Shown here: positions 9,660-18,334 of the stretch, one piece after another | Numbering within the stretch: position 1 is the first letter of the stretch | Layout of the letters: each line of letters begins with the position of its first letter | Source of the DNA: Lysobacterales bacterium | Lineage (GTDB): Bacteria > Pseudomonadota > Gammaproteobacteria > Xanthomonadales > Ahniellaceae | Assembly (NCBI GenBank): GCA_031389245.1 | Contig: JANMSL010000729.1 | Location: 1-44,224 of the forward strand | Reading direction: 5' to 3' | Length of the DNA: 44,224 nt | Translations under genes and position numbers: made by a program | Notes under the pieces: model-generated | Told to the model about the DNA's origin: nothing | The model's database searches: none | The model's input: only the letters and a program-made list of their open reading frames with translations

Positions 9660-10229
9660 ATGACCGAGATCACTTCCTTCCTCGAACTGACGCAAGCCTG
9701 GCGTGCCGGTGAGCTGGCTGCGCGCGATCAACTGGTGGGCCTGGTCTATGACGAAGTGCGTGCGATCGCACGCCGGCAACTTGCCCTGCACAGCGAGGCC
9801 ACGCTGCGCCCGACCGAGCTTGCACACGAAGCGCTGATGCGGGTGCTGCAGCAGACCGGCGAATGGCAGAGTCGGCGCCATCTGTTGAATGTGATCGCGC
9901 TGGCAACTCGCCAGGTTCTGGTCGATTCGGCGCGACGCCGGCACGCGCAGAAGCGTGATGGTGGCGTGCCCACCGACCTGGAATCGGCAGAGGCCGGGTC
10001 CGTTGCCGCACCCGACAGCCTGCGCCTGACGGAGGCGTTGGATGCCCTGGCGCAAACCGATGGACGGGCGGCCGAGGTGATCACGCTGACCTATTTCACC
10101 GGGCTCGATCGCATGGAGATTGCCGCATTGATGGAGGTATCAGCCAGCACGGTGGATCGCGCCCTGCGCTTTGGTCGCGCCTGGTTGAAGGATGCGCTGG
10201 GCGACGAGGCTATGCCTGCTCATGTCTGA
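9660..10229 (+). CDS. ECF-type RNA polymerase sigma factor (PF07638 / TIGR02999-like, kinase-associated type)
   Basis: 189 aa. The N-terminus ITSFLELTQAWRAGELAARDQLVGLVYDEVRAIARRQL and the segment TLRPTELAHEALMRV match the Sigma70_ECF family signature. Region 4 HTH: LTYFTGLDRMEIAALMEVSASTVDRALRFGRAWL. Confidence 0.85.
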   Translation: MTEITSFLELTQAWRAGELAARDQLVGLVYDEVRAIARRQLALHSEATLRPTELAHEALMRVLQQTGEWQSRRHLLNVIALATRQVLVDSARRRHAQKRDGGVPTDLESAEAGSVAAPDSLRLTEALDALAQTDGRAAEVITLTYFTGLDRMEIAALMEVSASTVDRALRFGRAWLKDALGDEAMPAHV

Positions 10230-12948
10230 GTCCCCGCATTCGCTTGCACTGCTGTTTGACGAGATGATCGCGCTTGATGCGGCGCAGCGCGAAGCACGAC
10301 TGGCCGTGTTGGGACCCGAGCTGGCTGCGCGGCTGCGCGCGTTGTTGACAGCTGACCAGAGCGATGATGCGGCAATCGAACAGGCCATAGTCATCGACGC
10401 CAGTGCTGCGATCGACGCGCACGCTGCCGGCACCCGCATCGGGCCGTGGCGCGTGGTACGCGAGCTCGGATCAGGTGGCATGGGCACGGTGCTGTTGGCC
10501 GAGCGCGATGGCGCCGACTTCAACCAGCAAGTTGCAATTAAGTTGATTCGCGGATTTCCATCCACGGATGGCATTCGCCGCCTGCGTCAGGAACGGCAGA
10601 TTCTCGCCACCCTCGATCACCCCAACATCGCGCGCCTCATCGATGGCGGCGAAACCGACGCCGGTCAGCCCTATCTGGTTGTCGAGTACGTGCGCGGGCT
10701 CACCCTGGACGCCTATGTGCGCGCCCAGCGTCCGGATCGCGATGGCCGCATCGAGTTGATCGAGCGCATCGGCGGCGCGGTGCAACACGCGCATCAACAT
10801 CTGGTCATTCATCGTGACCTGAAACCAGCCAACGTGATGATTCGCGAGGACGGCGAGATCAAGCTGCTCGATTTCGGCGTCGCCAAACTACTCGATCTGA
10901 GCAGCGATGGCTCCGCCATCGAATCCACCCGCGTGTTCACGCCGGGATATGCCAGTCCTGAGCAACGCGCGGGACAGCCGATCAGTATCGCCAGTGATGT
11001 TTTCAGCCTGGGTGCGATGCTGCGCGAGCTGCTCGCGCTCGGCAGTGAAAAGCCCGCACTGTTGGACGCCGAACTCTCCGGCATCATCGCCAAGGCCAGC
11101 GCAGATCTAGCTGCGCAACGCTACACCACGGTGGCAGCATTCTGCGATGATCTATCGCGCTATCGCCGCGGATTGCCGATTGCCGCGGCGGCCGACACTG
11201 GCTGGTATCGGGCGCGCAAGTTCTTCGGTCGACATCGCCTGGCCAGTGCCGCTAGTGTGCTTGCCCTTGCAGTAATCGCCATATTGATCTGGTATCTGGT
11301 CGCCGCGCTCGAACAGGCGCGGCAACAACGAACCGTGGCCGATAAGGCACGCGTCAGTGCCGAGCAAAGTCTTGAGCGTTCCAAATCGGTCATCGAGTTT
11401 TTTGCCGAGATGTTCGAGGGCGTGGCTCCCGAACATGCGCTGGGTAAAACACTGGCGCCGACCGATTTGTTGGCGCGCGCGGAGCGACTGCTGCGCGACA
11501 AGCCACCGGCCGATGCAGGCCTGCACGCGGATCTTTCAACCGCGCTCGGCGGGCTCTACCAAAAGCTTGGTGATGGCGGCAATGCAGTGCGTCTGCTGCG
11601 GCAAGGTCTCGAAGGACAGGTGCCGTCCGGAACCGAGGAGACCCTGGAGATCGCAATAAGGCATCTGATGTTGTCGCGCTCGCTGTTCGCGTTGGAGCGA
11701 CCCGAGGAGGCGATGGTGCACGTCAAGCAGGCCGTGGCCCTGCGACTGCCGCATATGGGCAATGATCCCGAACTGCAGATCGCCTCATGGATCGAACTCG
11801 CGCAAGGCAACCTGCAGCTACGCGATATTGTCGCTGCCCGTGCCGACCTGGACAAGGCGACGGCGCTCGCTGCCAACGCCAACATAAACCCCGAGCTACT
11901 GCTGGACCTGGCCGACACTGATGGTGTGCTGGCCATGGACGAAGGCCACTTCGATGTCGCGGCCGGCGCAGCGCGGAGCGGACTGGCGTTGTTGCAGGCG
12001 CATCCCGAGTTGCCCCGCACCATCTTGATTCAGTTGGAACGCACACTGGGGCGCGCACTCACGGCGAGTGCGCAGCTGGCAGACGCCGAGGCCGCGTTCA
12101 AGCGTGCAATTGCTGCGCAGAAAACGTGGATCGGCGACAGCGGCTTACGCGCCGCGTCGCTGTACAACGACTACGGAATTCTGTTGACGGTTCTCGGGCG
12201 TTATGCCGATGCCGAACAGGCGTTTCGCAGCGGTGCCGAGAATCAAGCTGCCAGCGGTGGACTGGCGCCCGACCAGAGCCCAGTGTATTTGAATAATGTG
12301 TGCGACTTGCAGATCGCGCAGGGCAAGTATGCCGACGCACTGGACAATTGCCGCGCCGCCCTGGTGTTTCATCGCGACTCCGCGCCCGACAATCCCGATC
12401 GGATGATCGTCGCCAGTAATCTCGCGCGGGTGATGGCGCTGAACGGCGAGGCAGCCGCGGCGCTCAAATCATTGCAAGCGCTACGCGTACTCGCGGCAAA
12501 TTCGGCCGGTGCCGACAGCTACCTCGCCGCTCTGCACACGGTGCGCGCGGTGCGCGCCGCCCTGCTGGTGCATGACATGACTGCGGCGCGCGAGCTGGGC
12601 GATCGCAGTGTGACCATGTTCGACGCCCTGTTCCCAGCGCCACACCCCTGGCGCGCGCGCGCGCTGCGCATGCGTGCACTGGTGTTGATGGCCGACAACC
12701 AGTACGACGCAGCCGACGCCGATCTGGCGCGCGCTCACGATGAAGCCGTCAAGGCGCTGGCCAAGGGACATCCGTTGACTGCACAGATCGAAGTCGATCA
12801 GGCCGAAGTCGCCGAACTGCGTGGCGATCGCAGCGGCGCTCGTCAGCTCATCGACACTGCGCTGCCAATCCTGCGTAGCTGCTGCAGTTCCATTGAAATC
12901 GATCGCGCGCGCGCCGAAGCCCTGGCTGTCCGCGTCGGCGAGTCCTGA
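10222..12948 (+). CDS. Ser/Thr protein kinase with one transmembrane helix and a long TPR-like C-terminal region
   Basis: The ATG at 10222 overlaps the sigma factor stop (10227-10229) by 8 nt. An alternative start is at 10192. Kinase motifs: LGSGGMGTV, VAIKLI, HRDLKPANVMI, DFGVAK, GYASPEQ. TM helix: SVLALAVIAILIWYLVAAL. About 550 aa of helical repeats follow. Confidence 0.85.
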   Translation: MSESPHSLALLFDEMIALDAAQREARLAVLGPELAARLRALLTADQSDDAAIEQAIVIDASAAIDAHAAGTRIGPWRVVRELGSGGMGTVLLAERDGADFNQQVAIKLIRGFPSTDGIRRLRQERQILATLDHPNIARLIDGGETDAGQPYLVVEYVRGLTLDAYVRAQRPDRDGRIELIERIGGAVQHAHQHLVIHRDLKPANVMIREDGEIKLLDFGVAKLLDLSSDGSAIESTRVFTPGYASPEQRAGQPISIASDVFSLGAMLRELLALGSEKPALLDAELSGIIAKASADLAAQRYTTVAAFCDDLSRYRRGLPIAAAADTGWYRARKFFGRHRLASAASVLALAVIAILIWYLVAALEQARQQRTVADKARVSAEQSLERSKSVIEFFAEMFEGVAPEHALGKTLAPTDLLARAERLLRDKPPADAGLHADLSTALGGLYQKLGDGGNAVRLLRQGLEGQVPSGTEETLEIAIRHLMLSRSLFALERPEEAMVHVKQAVALRLPHMGNDPELQIASWIELAQGNLQLRDIVAARADLDKATALAANANINPELLLDLADTDGVLAMDEGHFDVAAGAARSGLALLQAHPELPRTILIQLERTLGRALTASAQLADAEAAFKRAIAAQKTWIGDSGLRAASLYNDYGILLTVLGRYADAEQAFRSGAENQAASGGLAPDQSPVYLNNVCDLQIAQGKYADALDNCRAALVFHRDSAPDNPDRMIVASNLARVMALNGEAAAALKSLQALRVLAANSAGADSYLAALHTVRAVRAALLVHDMTAARELGDRSVTMFDALFPAPHPWRARALRMRALVLMADNQYDAADADLARAHDEAVKALAKGHPLTAQIEVDQAEVAELRGDRSGARQLIDTALPILRSCCSSIEIDRARAEALAVRVGES

Positions 12949-13194
12949 GCCGTTTGGCCAGGGCAGCAAGGCACGCGCTGGTGTCACCACGCAATCTTCA
13001 GTCCGCGCAGCAACGCACCGCAACGCGGCCCCCGATCGGCCGGAACCCATCACACCTGTTTCCGACCCGTGCGCGCTACATGTACTATCGCTGAACATCG
13101 CCTTCCATTGGCATAGTTCGTCGGGCTGCCGCTATTTGCCCGACTGCCGCGGTTCGCGATCCCCTCCAGCCCAAAAGACTCAAGGAGTTGCTCC

Positions 13195-15402
13195 ATGCGC
13201 AACAAGCACATCACCGCGGCCACATTGGTTGCCGGCCTGACCGGCCTAGGCTTCTGTGGCCTCGCGCTTGCTCAGACTGATCAGCCACAGTCCGATCAGT
13301 CGCAACCGGAACAGTCCGATGGCACGGCCAACGAGATGGAAGAGATCGTAGTCACCGCCACCAAACGCGAGGCCGGTATCTACGACGTGCCGGTGGCGAT
13401 CAGTGCGTTCACCGCGGAAACTATTGAAATGAGTGGGGTCACCGACCTGGTCGACATCGGCAAGTTCGTGCCCAACCTCAACGTTACCGAGTTTTCCGCC
13501 GGCCACACGGCATCGGTCAATCCCTTTATTCGCGGCATCGGGCTGCAGGATCACCTGATCACCACCGATCCTGGCGTTGGCGTTTATGTCGATGGTGTCT
13601 ACCTCGGCCGCCAAGTGGGGCAGAACTGGAGCCTGTCCAACATTGAACGCGTCGAAGTACTGCGCGGGCCGCAAGGCACCTTGTATGGACGCAACTCCAT
13701 TGGCGGCGCGATCAATATCATCACGCGCCAGCCGGGCGACGAAGAGGGTGGGCGCATTGCGCTCGAGGCGGGCTCGCGTGGTCGCTTGAACGGCGACTTC
13801 TACACCAATCTCAAGGTCAACGAACACTGGGCGTTGTCGGTCAACGGTGCCTACAAGCAGCGCGGCGGCGTTGGCGATTTCGTGCTGCTGGATAATCCAC
13901 GCAAGGAAGTGGGCGAACTCCAGGACAATTCGGCCCGGGTGGCAGTGAAGTGGACGCCCACCGATCAGTTCTCGCTGCTGCTGGTGGCCGACGCCAACGA
14001 AGGTGACAACGGCCTGCGACCGTACACCACGTTGATTGATGAACTTCCGAACGGCGCCGTGTACCTGGCCGGCTTCCGCAATTCCGATCTGGCCGCAGAC
14101 CCCTATGACAACAACACTGGTCAGGCCGATCAGATTGGGGTCACCAACGAAGCGAACGGTTTCGCGTTGACCGCCGACTGGTTCATGACCGAAACGCTCG
14201 CCGGCAAACTCATCCTCAGCGACCGCCATTCTGAGTATCAGGCAGGGCTGGACGACGACAGTCTGTTCGAGAATTTCCTGTCGTTTCCAGAGGATGGCGA
14301 AGCCGACCAGACCTCCGCAGAATTGCAGGTCAACGGCATCTACGAGCGCTGGGATTTTGTTGCCGGCCTGTACTACTTCAAGGAAGAGGGTTCGAACCTG
14401 CAGGATCCGAACGTATTTCTCGGCGGCGCCGGTACCTACTTTCTGGACCAGAACGTCCGCAGCAAGGCGGTGTACGGCAATATGGGTTTCCAGATCACCG
14501 ACCAGTTCCGTCTGGCTGGTGGCCTGCGTTTCACCCGGGATGACAAAGAGGCCTTCGTCGACATCAACAATTTCGTATTCACCCGCGGCGAACGCGACTG
14601 GTCTGAGACCAGCTGGGACCTGTCCGGCGTGTATGCGCTCGGTAACGGCATGAGCCTGTACGGCACCGTGCAAAATGGTTATCAGTCTGGCCAGTTTCCG
14701 CCGCGCGCTTACTGCCTGTTCGGCAATCTGGCCATTGGCCAGCCGGGCAATGTCACCGCCGACAACTGCTTCGTTGCCGGGGACAACATCACCGCGCAAA
14801 ACTATGAAGTGGGACTCAAGGGCCAGCCGTTCAACAATTTGAGCATGAGCGTGAGCGCGTTTCATACCCAGTATTCGGACCTGCCTTATCAGGTGAGCAC
14901 AACGTCAGGAGCAGGTTTTGACACACGCAACATCATTGTCGACCAGGACTCCAACGGTGTGGAATGGGAAAGCACGTTACTGGTAGGCGATAGTTTCCGA
15001 CTGCACACATCGGTCGGTTACATCAACGTGGATGTTGACGATCCGGTCGCCGTTGCACCGCTGACCCCAGAGTGGACGGCATCGATCAGCCCCGAATACT
15101 CGCTCAACTTGTCGGGCGGAAGTTTATTGCTGCGCGCTGACTGGTCCTACCGCGACGAGATGTTCGGCGAACCCACACCCGATCCGACGCGCTTTACCCG
15201 CATCGATTCGCGCAGCCTGTTGAATCTCAATGTGACGTACCAACCCGAAAACGGAAACTGGACGCTGGGCGCCTACGGTCGCAATGTCACCGACGAGCGC
15301 TATGACCAGGGCCGTCTGAATACCGGTGACTATGTACTGGTCATGCTGAGCAACGACGCCAGCGAGTTTGGCCTGCGCTTTACCCAGTATTTCGGCAAGT
15401 AG
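13195..15402 (+). CDS. TonB-dependent receptor
   Basis: 735 aa with signal peptide TLVAGLTGLGFCGLALAQ. TonB box and plug motifs: EEIVVTATKRE, VEVLRGPQGTLYGRNSIGGAINIITR. AGGAG lies 8 nt upstream of the ATG. Confidence 0.85.
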   Translation: MRNKHITAATLVAGLTGLGFCGLALAQTDQPQSDQSQPEQSDGTANEMEEIVVTATKREAGIYDVPVAISAFTAETIEMSGVTDLVDIGKFVPNLNVTEFSAGHTASVNPFIRGIGLQDHLITTDPGVGVYVDGVYLGRQVGQNWSLSNIERVEVLRGPQGTLYGRNSIGGAINIITRQPGDEEGGRIALEAGSRGRLNGDFYTNLKVNEHWALSVNGAYKQRGGVGDFVLLDNPRKEVGELQDNSARVAVKWTPTDQFSLLLVADANEGDNGLRPYTTLIDELPNGAVYLAGFRNSDLAADPYDNNTGQADQIGVTNEANGFALTADWFMTETLAGKLILSDRHSEYQAGLDDDSLFENFLSFPEDGEADQTSAELQVNGIYERWDFVAGLYYFKEEGSNLQDPNVFLGGAGTYFLDQNVRSKAVYGNMGFQITDQFRLAGGLRFTRDDKEAFVDINNFVFTRGERDWSETSWDLSGVYALGNGMSLYGTVQNGYQSGQFPPRAYCLFGNLAIGQPGNVTADNCFVAGDNITAQNYEVGLKGQPFNNLSMSVSAFHTQYSDLPYQVSTTSGAGFDTRNIIVDQDSNGVEWESTLLVGDSFRLHTSVGYINVDVDDPVAVAPLTPEWTASISPEYSLNLSGGSLLLRADWSYRDEMFGEPTPDPTRFTRIDSRSLLNLNVTYQPENGNWTLGAYGRNVTDERYDQGRLNTGDYVLVMLSNDASEFGLRFTQYFGK

Positions 15403-15434
15403 AGCCGGCTCGCTGCGGGCTGGATATGAGTCAG

Positions 15435-15462
15435 GTCGGGTGCCCCGAAAGGGGTGCCCGAC
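15435..15462. terminator. Strong hairpin in a convergent gap; candidate bidirectional terminator
   Basis: GTCGGGTGCCCC-GAAA-GGGGTGCCCGAC forms a 12-bp stem (two central G-U pairs in RNA) with a GAAA loop. It lies between the TBDR stop (15402) and the decarboxylase stop (15520). No clear U-tract is present. Confidence 0.45.
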
Positions 15463-15519
15463 ATCAACCGGTTCGAATCATCTTGAGTCGCTGCAAACGC
15501 AGCGCGACAAATCGCCGAA

Positions 15520-16707
15520 CTAGACGACGACCTCGACCGCACGTCCGCGCAGACAATGATCACTGGACATGCTCGAGCCGTAGGCACCGGCGGGAAAGAA
15601 CGCCAGAAGATCGCCTTCCTGGATTTGCGGAAGCAGGATGTCACGCCCCCAGATGTCACCGGATTCGTTGATATTGCCGGCGATGGCATAGGGTTGGGTG
15701 GCGAAAGCGAACGGCTGACGCAACGCGATCGCGGTCAGCGCAATGCCGTACATGGCGGGATTGAGGTTGATGGCAAAACCGGCGTTGACGCCAAGCCAGG
15801 TGATGCCGCGACGCGTTTCTATGGTGTTGGCCTCGACCACGAGCATGCCCGACGAGGCAGAAACAAACGTGCCGGGTTCACACAGAATGGTGGCGCCAAG
15901 CGGCGCTAGCAGATCGGCAATCAATGCCGCCCACGAGGTCAGCGACAGTGGTTGGTCGGTGGCGACGTAGCGGCCACCCAGGCCACCACCGACATTGATG
16001 TATTTCAACTGCGGGATCTGTCTGGCGATGCCGGCCAGGCGACCAAACGCCTTGGCGACTTGCGGAGAACTGTTCTCGGTCAATCCCCAGCCGATGTGCA
16101 TGTGAATGGCATCGACGCGCAAGCCAACCGCGGTTACCACTTCGAGGATATGCGGCAAGTCCGCCGGCTCGAACCCGAACTTGGATTCGCCATAGGTCAT
16201 TTTCGGATTGTCTCCATAGCCCACACGCACTCCGGGATTGAAACGCAGCCCCACTGCGGTGCCCTTCGGCGCTGACGCGGCGAAGCGTCGCAGAGCAGAC
16301 AGGGTGTCGAGCGTGCAATGCACGCCGCTGGCTGCCAGATAGGCTAGTTCTGGCGACGACAACATGCCGGCGTTGAAGGAGATCTCGTCGGGCGCAAAGC
16401 CCGCAGCGAGCGCCAGTTCTACCTCGCGCGGAGAGCAGGTATCGAGCCCGACATTGCGCGTTTCGCGAACCGCGTGCAGCACCCCAGGATGGCGATTCGA
16501 CTTCATCGCATAGTAGATGCGATGCGCGACACCGACCTCGTCCAGCGCACTTTGCATCTTGCGCAGCTGGCGCTGAACGGTGGGCTTGCTGTAGACGTAG
16601 AGCGGCGTGCCATGTTCGCGCGCCAATGCAGTCAGTGAATGTCCGTCACAAAGGATGTCGTCTTCGAGCACAACGTGGCTTTCGTTTTGCCACCAGGGAT
16701 GAGTCAT
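15520..16707 (-). CDS. PLP-dependent decarboxylase of the Orn/DAP/Arg decarboxylase family (fold type III), atypical
   Basis: 395 aa. PLP-lysine motif: IYYAMKSNRHPGV. Gly-rich phosphate loop: NVGGGLGGRY. C-terminal motif: FPAGAYGSSMSS. It carries EPGT instead of EPGR and NINESGD instead of CESGD (see findings). Confidence 0.8.
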   Translation of the reverse strand: MTHPWWQNESHVVLEDDILCDGHSLTALAREHGTPLYVYSKPTVQRQLRKMQSALDEVGVAHRIYYAMKSNRHPGVLHAVRETRNVGLDTCSPREVELALAAGFAPDEISFNAGMLSSPELAYLAASGVHCTLDTLSALRRFAASAPKGTAVGLRFNPGVRVGYGDNPKMTYGESKFGFEPADLPHILEVVTAVGLRVDAIHMHIGWGLTENSSPQVAKAFGRLAGIARQIPQLKYINVGGGLGGRYVATDQPLSLTSWAALIADLLAPLGATILCEPGTFVSASSGMLVVEANTIETRRGITWLGVNAGFAINLNPAMYGIALTAIALRQPFAFATQPYAIAGNINESGDIWGRDILLPQIQEGDLLAFFPAGAYGSSMSSDHCLRGRAVEVVV

Positions 16708-16797
16708 CGTCGAGTGCGCTGTGCGTCAAGGGAGGCAGATGCCGGCAATCATCGTCAAGTTTCGGCTCGGCAGCAAGCACTGTACCCAACAGAGTGA

Positions 16798-16824
16798 GGT
16801 CACCGCCGGGGTGCGGCGGTGACC
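16798..16824 (-). terminator. Hairpin downstream of the sigma/anti-sigma pair
   Basis: GGTCACCGCC-GGGGTGC-GGCGGTGACC forms a 10-bp perfect stem, 27 nt after the stop at 16851. There is no U-tract, so function is uncertain. Confidence 0.3.
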
Positions 16825-16850
16825 CCGAGTGGGCTATTCGCGCCGGGCGC

Positions 16851-17624
16851 TCACTCCTGCTCCTGCTGTTGCAACGCGTAGCCCGCGGGAACGACGCTGC
16901 TCAGCTGACCAGGCGATACCGGCACGTTGAACTGGAATCGATAGCGTATTTCCAGACTGGCGCTGGCGTCCTGCTCCATGGCGATGGGCAAGCCTTCCGC
17001 GTCAACCCATAGCACCATTTGTGTAGCGCCCAGATCCAGTGCCCAGCCCTGGGCCTGACGCCCGTCAATTCTGCGTGTGTTTTTCAGCCTGACCGCCTTA
17101 CCCTGAAATTGGCGTATCTCTTCCAGCCAGTCGAGGCTTGCATCCGGCGTGGTCGGCAGCGCAGGCAGCGGCATCAAGCTCGCTTCCCTGGAGTCGTGCA
17201 GCAGGGTGAGCAGCTGTCGTCGGGTGTTGTCGACGATGATGCTCAACTGGTCGCCGACATCGGTGCGCACGCTGCCATCGGCGCCAACCAACATACGCGA
17301 GGTTTGCACCGTCTCACCGTTGAAGCGCTGCTCGACCTGCATGGCCAGCGTGTTGAAGTCCAGGAAATGTGCACGTACTGCGGCGAAGGCGCGGCCGCTG
17401 TCAGGCAGCAATGGCAAAATGATCAAGGCGCACGCCGTCAGCGCCATCACTGCAGCAAAGGCGAGACGGCGACTGCCGAATGTGGGTTTGGTTTCGCCTG
17501 CCTGTTGCAGGCGTGCTGCAAGTTTTCGCTGAGCCGCATTGACCGCGGTCTCAGGGACTGCGGCAGTCGCTTGGACATGCTCGGCGAGTGCGGCAGAAAG
17601 TGGCTGTTCGGATGCCTTGTTCAT
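16851..17624 (-). CDS. Putative anti-sigma factor: single-pass membrane protein with a periplasmic domain
   Basis: 257 aa. Its ATG at 17624 overlaps the upstream ECF sigma stop (ATGA overlap at 17621-17624). One TM helix: LAFAAVMALTACALIILPLL. The call rests on genomic context only, and no HxxxCxxC zinc motif is present. Confidence 0.5.
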   Translation of the reverse strand: MNKASEQPLSAALAEHVQATAAVPETAVNAAQRKLAARLQQAGETKPTFGSRRLAFAAVMALTACALIILPLLPDSGRAFAAVRAHFLDFNTLAMQVEQRFNGETVQTSRMLVGADGSVRTDVGDQLSIIVDNTRRQLLTLLHDSREASLMPLPALPTTPDASLDWLEEIRQFQGKAVRLKNTRRIDGRQAQGWALDLGATQMVLWVDAEGLPIAMEQDASASLEIRYRFQFNVPVSPGQLSSVVPAGYALQQQEQE

Positions 17625-18178
17625 GACTGACCCTCCTGCGATGCGTGTTCGATGTGTGCTTCAAGTCGGCGCTTGGCGCGATGCAGCGTCACGCTGACGC
17701 TGTTCTCGCTCAGCTGCAGCGCGCTGGCGATGTCGGCGATGTCCAGCCCTTGCAGATAGCGCAGGCTGAAGCACTGCGCCTCGCGTCGCGAAAGCCTGGC
17801 GAGTGCGCCGCGCAGACGCCGCGCGCGCTCTGCCTCGAGACCCGCCTGCTCCGCCGAAGCGGCGCTATCGGGTGCCTGTGCGCGCCACAGCGGTAACAGC
17901 CGCCACCAACGCTGTTGCCGCCGCAGCACATCGATAGCGGCACGGGTCGACGTCGCAGCAAGGTAGGCGGGCCACGACGCTACGCGTTGCTTCGGCGATT
18001 CGATCAGGCGCAGGAAAACGTCCTGCTGTACGTCTTCGGCCAGCGACGCGTCACCCAGCACGCGATAGGCCGCCCTGAAGACCAGCGCTCCGTACAGCTG
18101 GGCCAGAGTGGCCAGGTCGGCCGCGATCGCAGATTGAGTCAATGGATTGCCTAGCTCAATGGGTGAATTGCAGGACAT
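17621..18178 (-). CDS. ECF RNA polymerase sigma factor
   Basis: The start at 18178 (MSCNSPIE...) is preceded by AGGAGG 8 nt upstream. The track start at 18208 is less likely. Region 2: VFRAAYRVLGDASLAEDVQQDVFLRL. Region 4: LSRREAQCFSLRYLQGLDIADIASALQLSENSVSVTLHRAKRRL. Confidence 0.85.
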   Translation of the reverse strand: MSCNSPIELGNPLTQSAIAADLATLAQLYGALVFRAAYRVLGDASLAEDVQQDVFLRLIESPKQRVASWPAYLAATSTRAAIDVLRRQQRWWRLLPLWRAQAPDSAASAEQAGLEAERARRLRGALARLSRREAQCFSLRYLQGLDIADIASALQLSENSVSVTLHRAKRRLEAHIEHASQEGQS

Positions 18179-18247
18179 CGCTTTTCCTCCTGTGGGTGAC
18201 AACCACAAGACGAACGAGCCCGGACAATCTTACAGATCAACCCCGCA

Positions 18248-18263
18248 GCTGTGCATGCACAGC
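18248..18263. promoter_or_regulatory. 16-bp perfect palindrome in a divergent promoter region (candidate operator)
   Basis: GCTGTGCATGCACAGC lies between the ECF sigma start (18178, minus) and the serine hydrolase start (18335, plus). Confidence 0.3.
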
Positions 18264-18334
18264 CATGGTCGCAGCGGCTGTAAGAATCCAGACCCTGACG
18301 CGTCATTACCGAAACACCCAACAGGAGTCGCGTA

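Noticed and set aside
12949-13194. Possible riboswitch (cobalamin or TPP) in the 246-nt leader of the TonB-dependent receptor
   Set aside because: I could not find a B12 box, a TPP CUGAGA/ACCUGA core or any other known riboswitch core. Only a 7-bp hairpin (GTCGGGC...GCCCGAC, 13119-13143) is present.
13246-14865. 539-aa minus-strand ORF
   Set aside because: It is antisense to the TonB-dependent receptor at 13195-15402. It has no motifs and shadow-frame composition.
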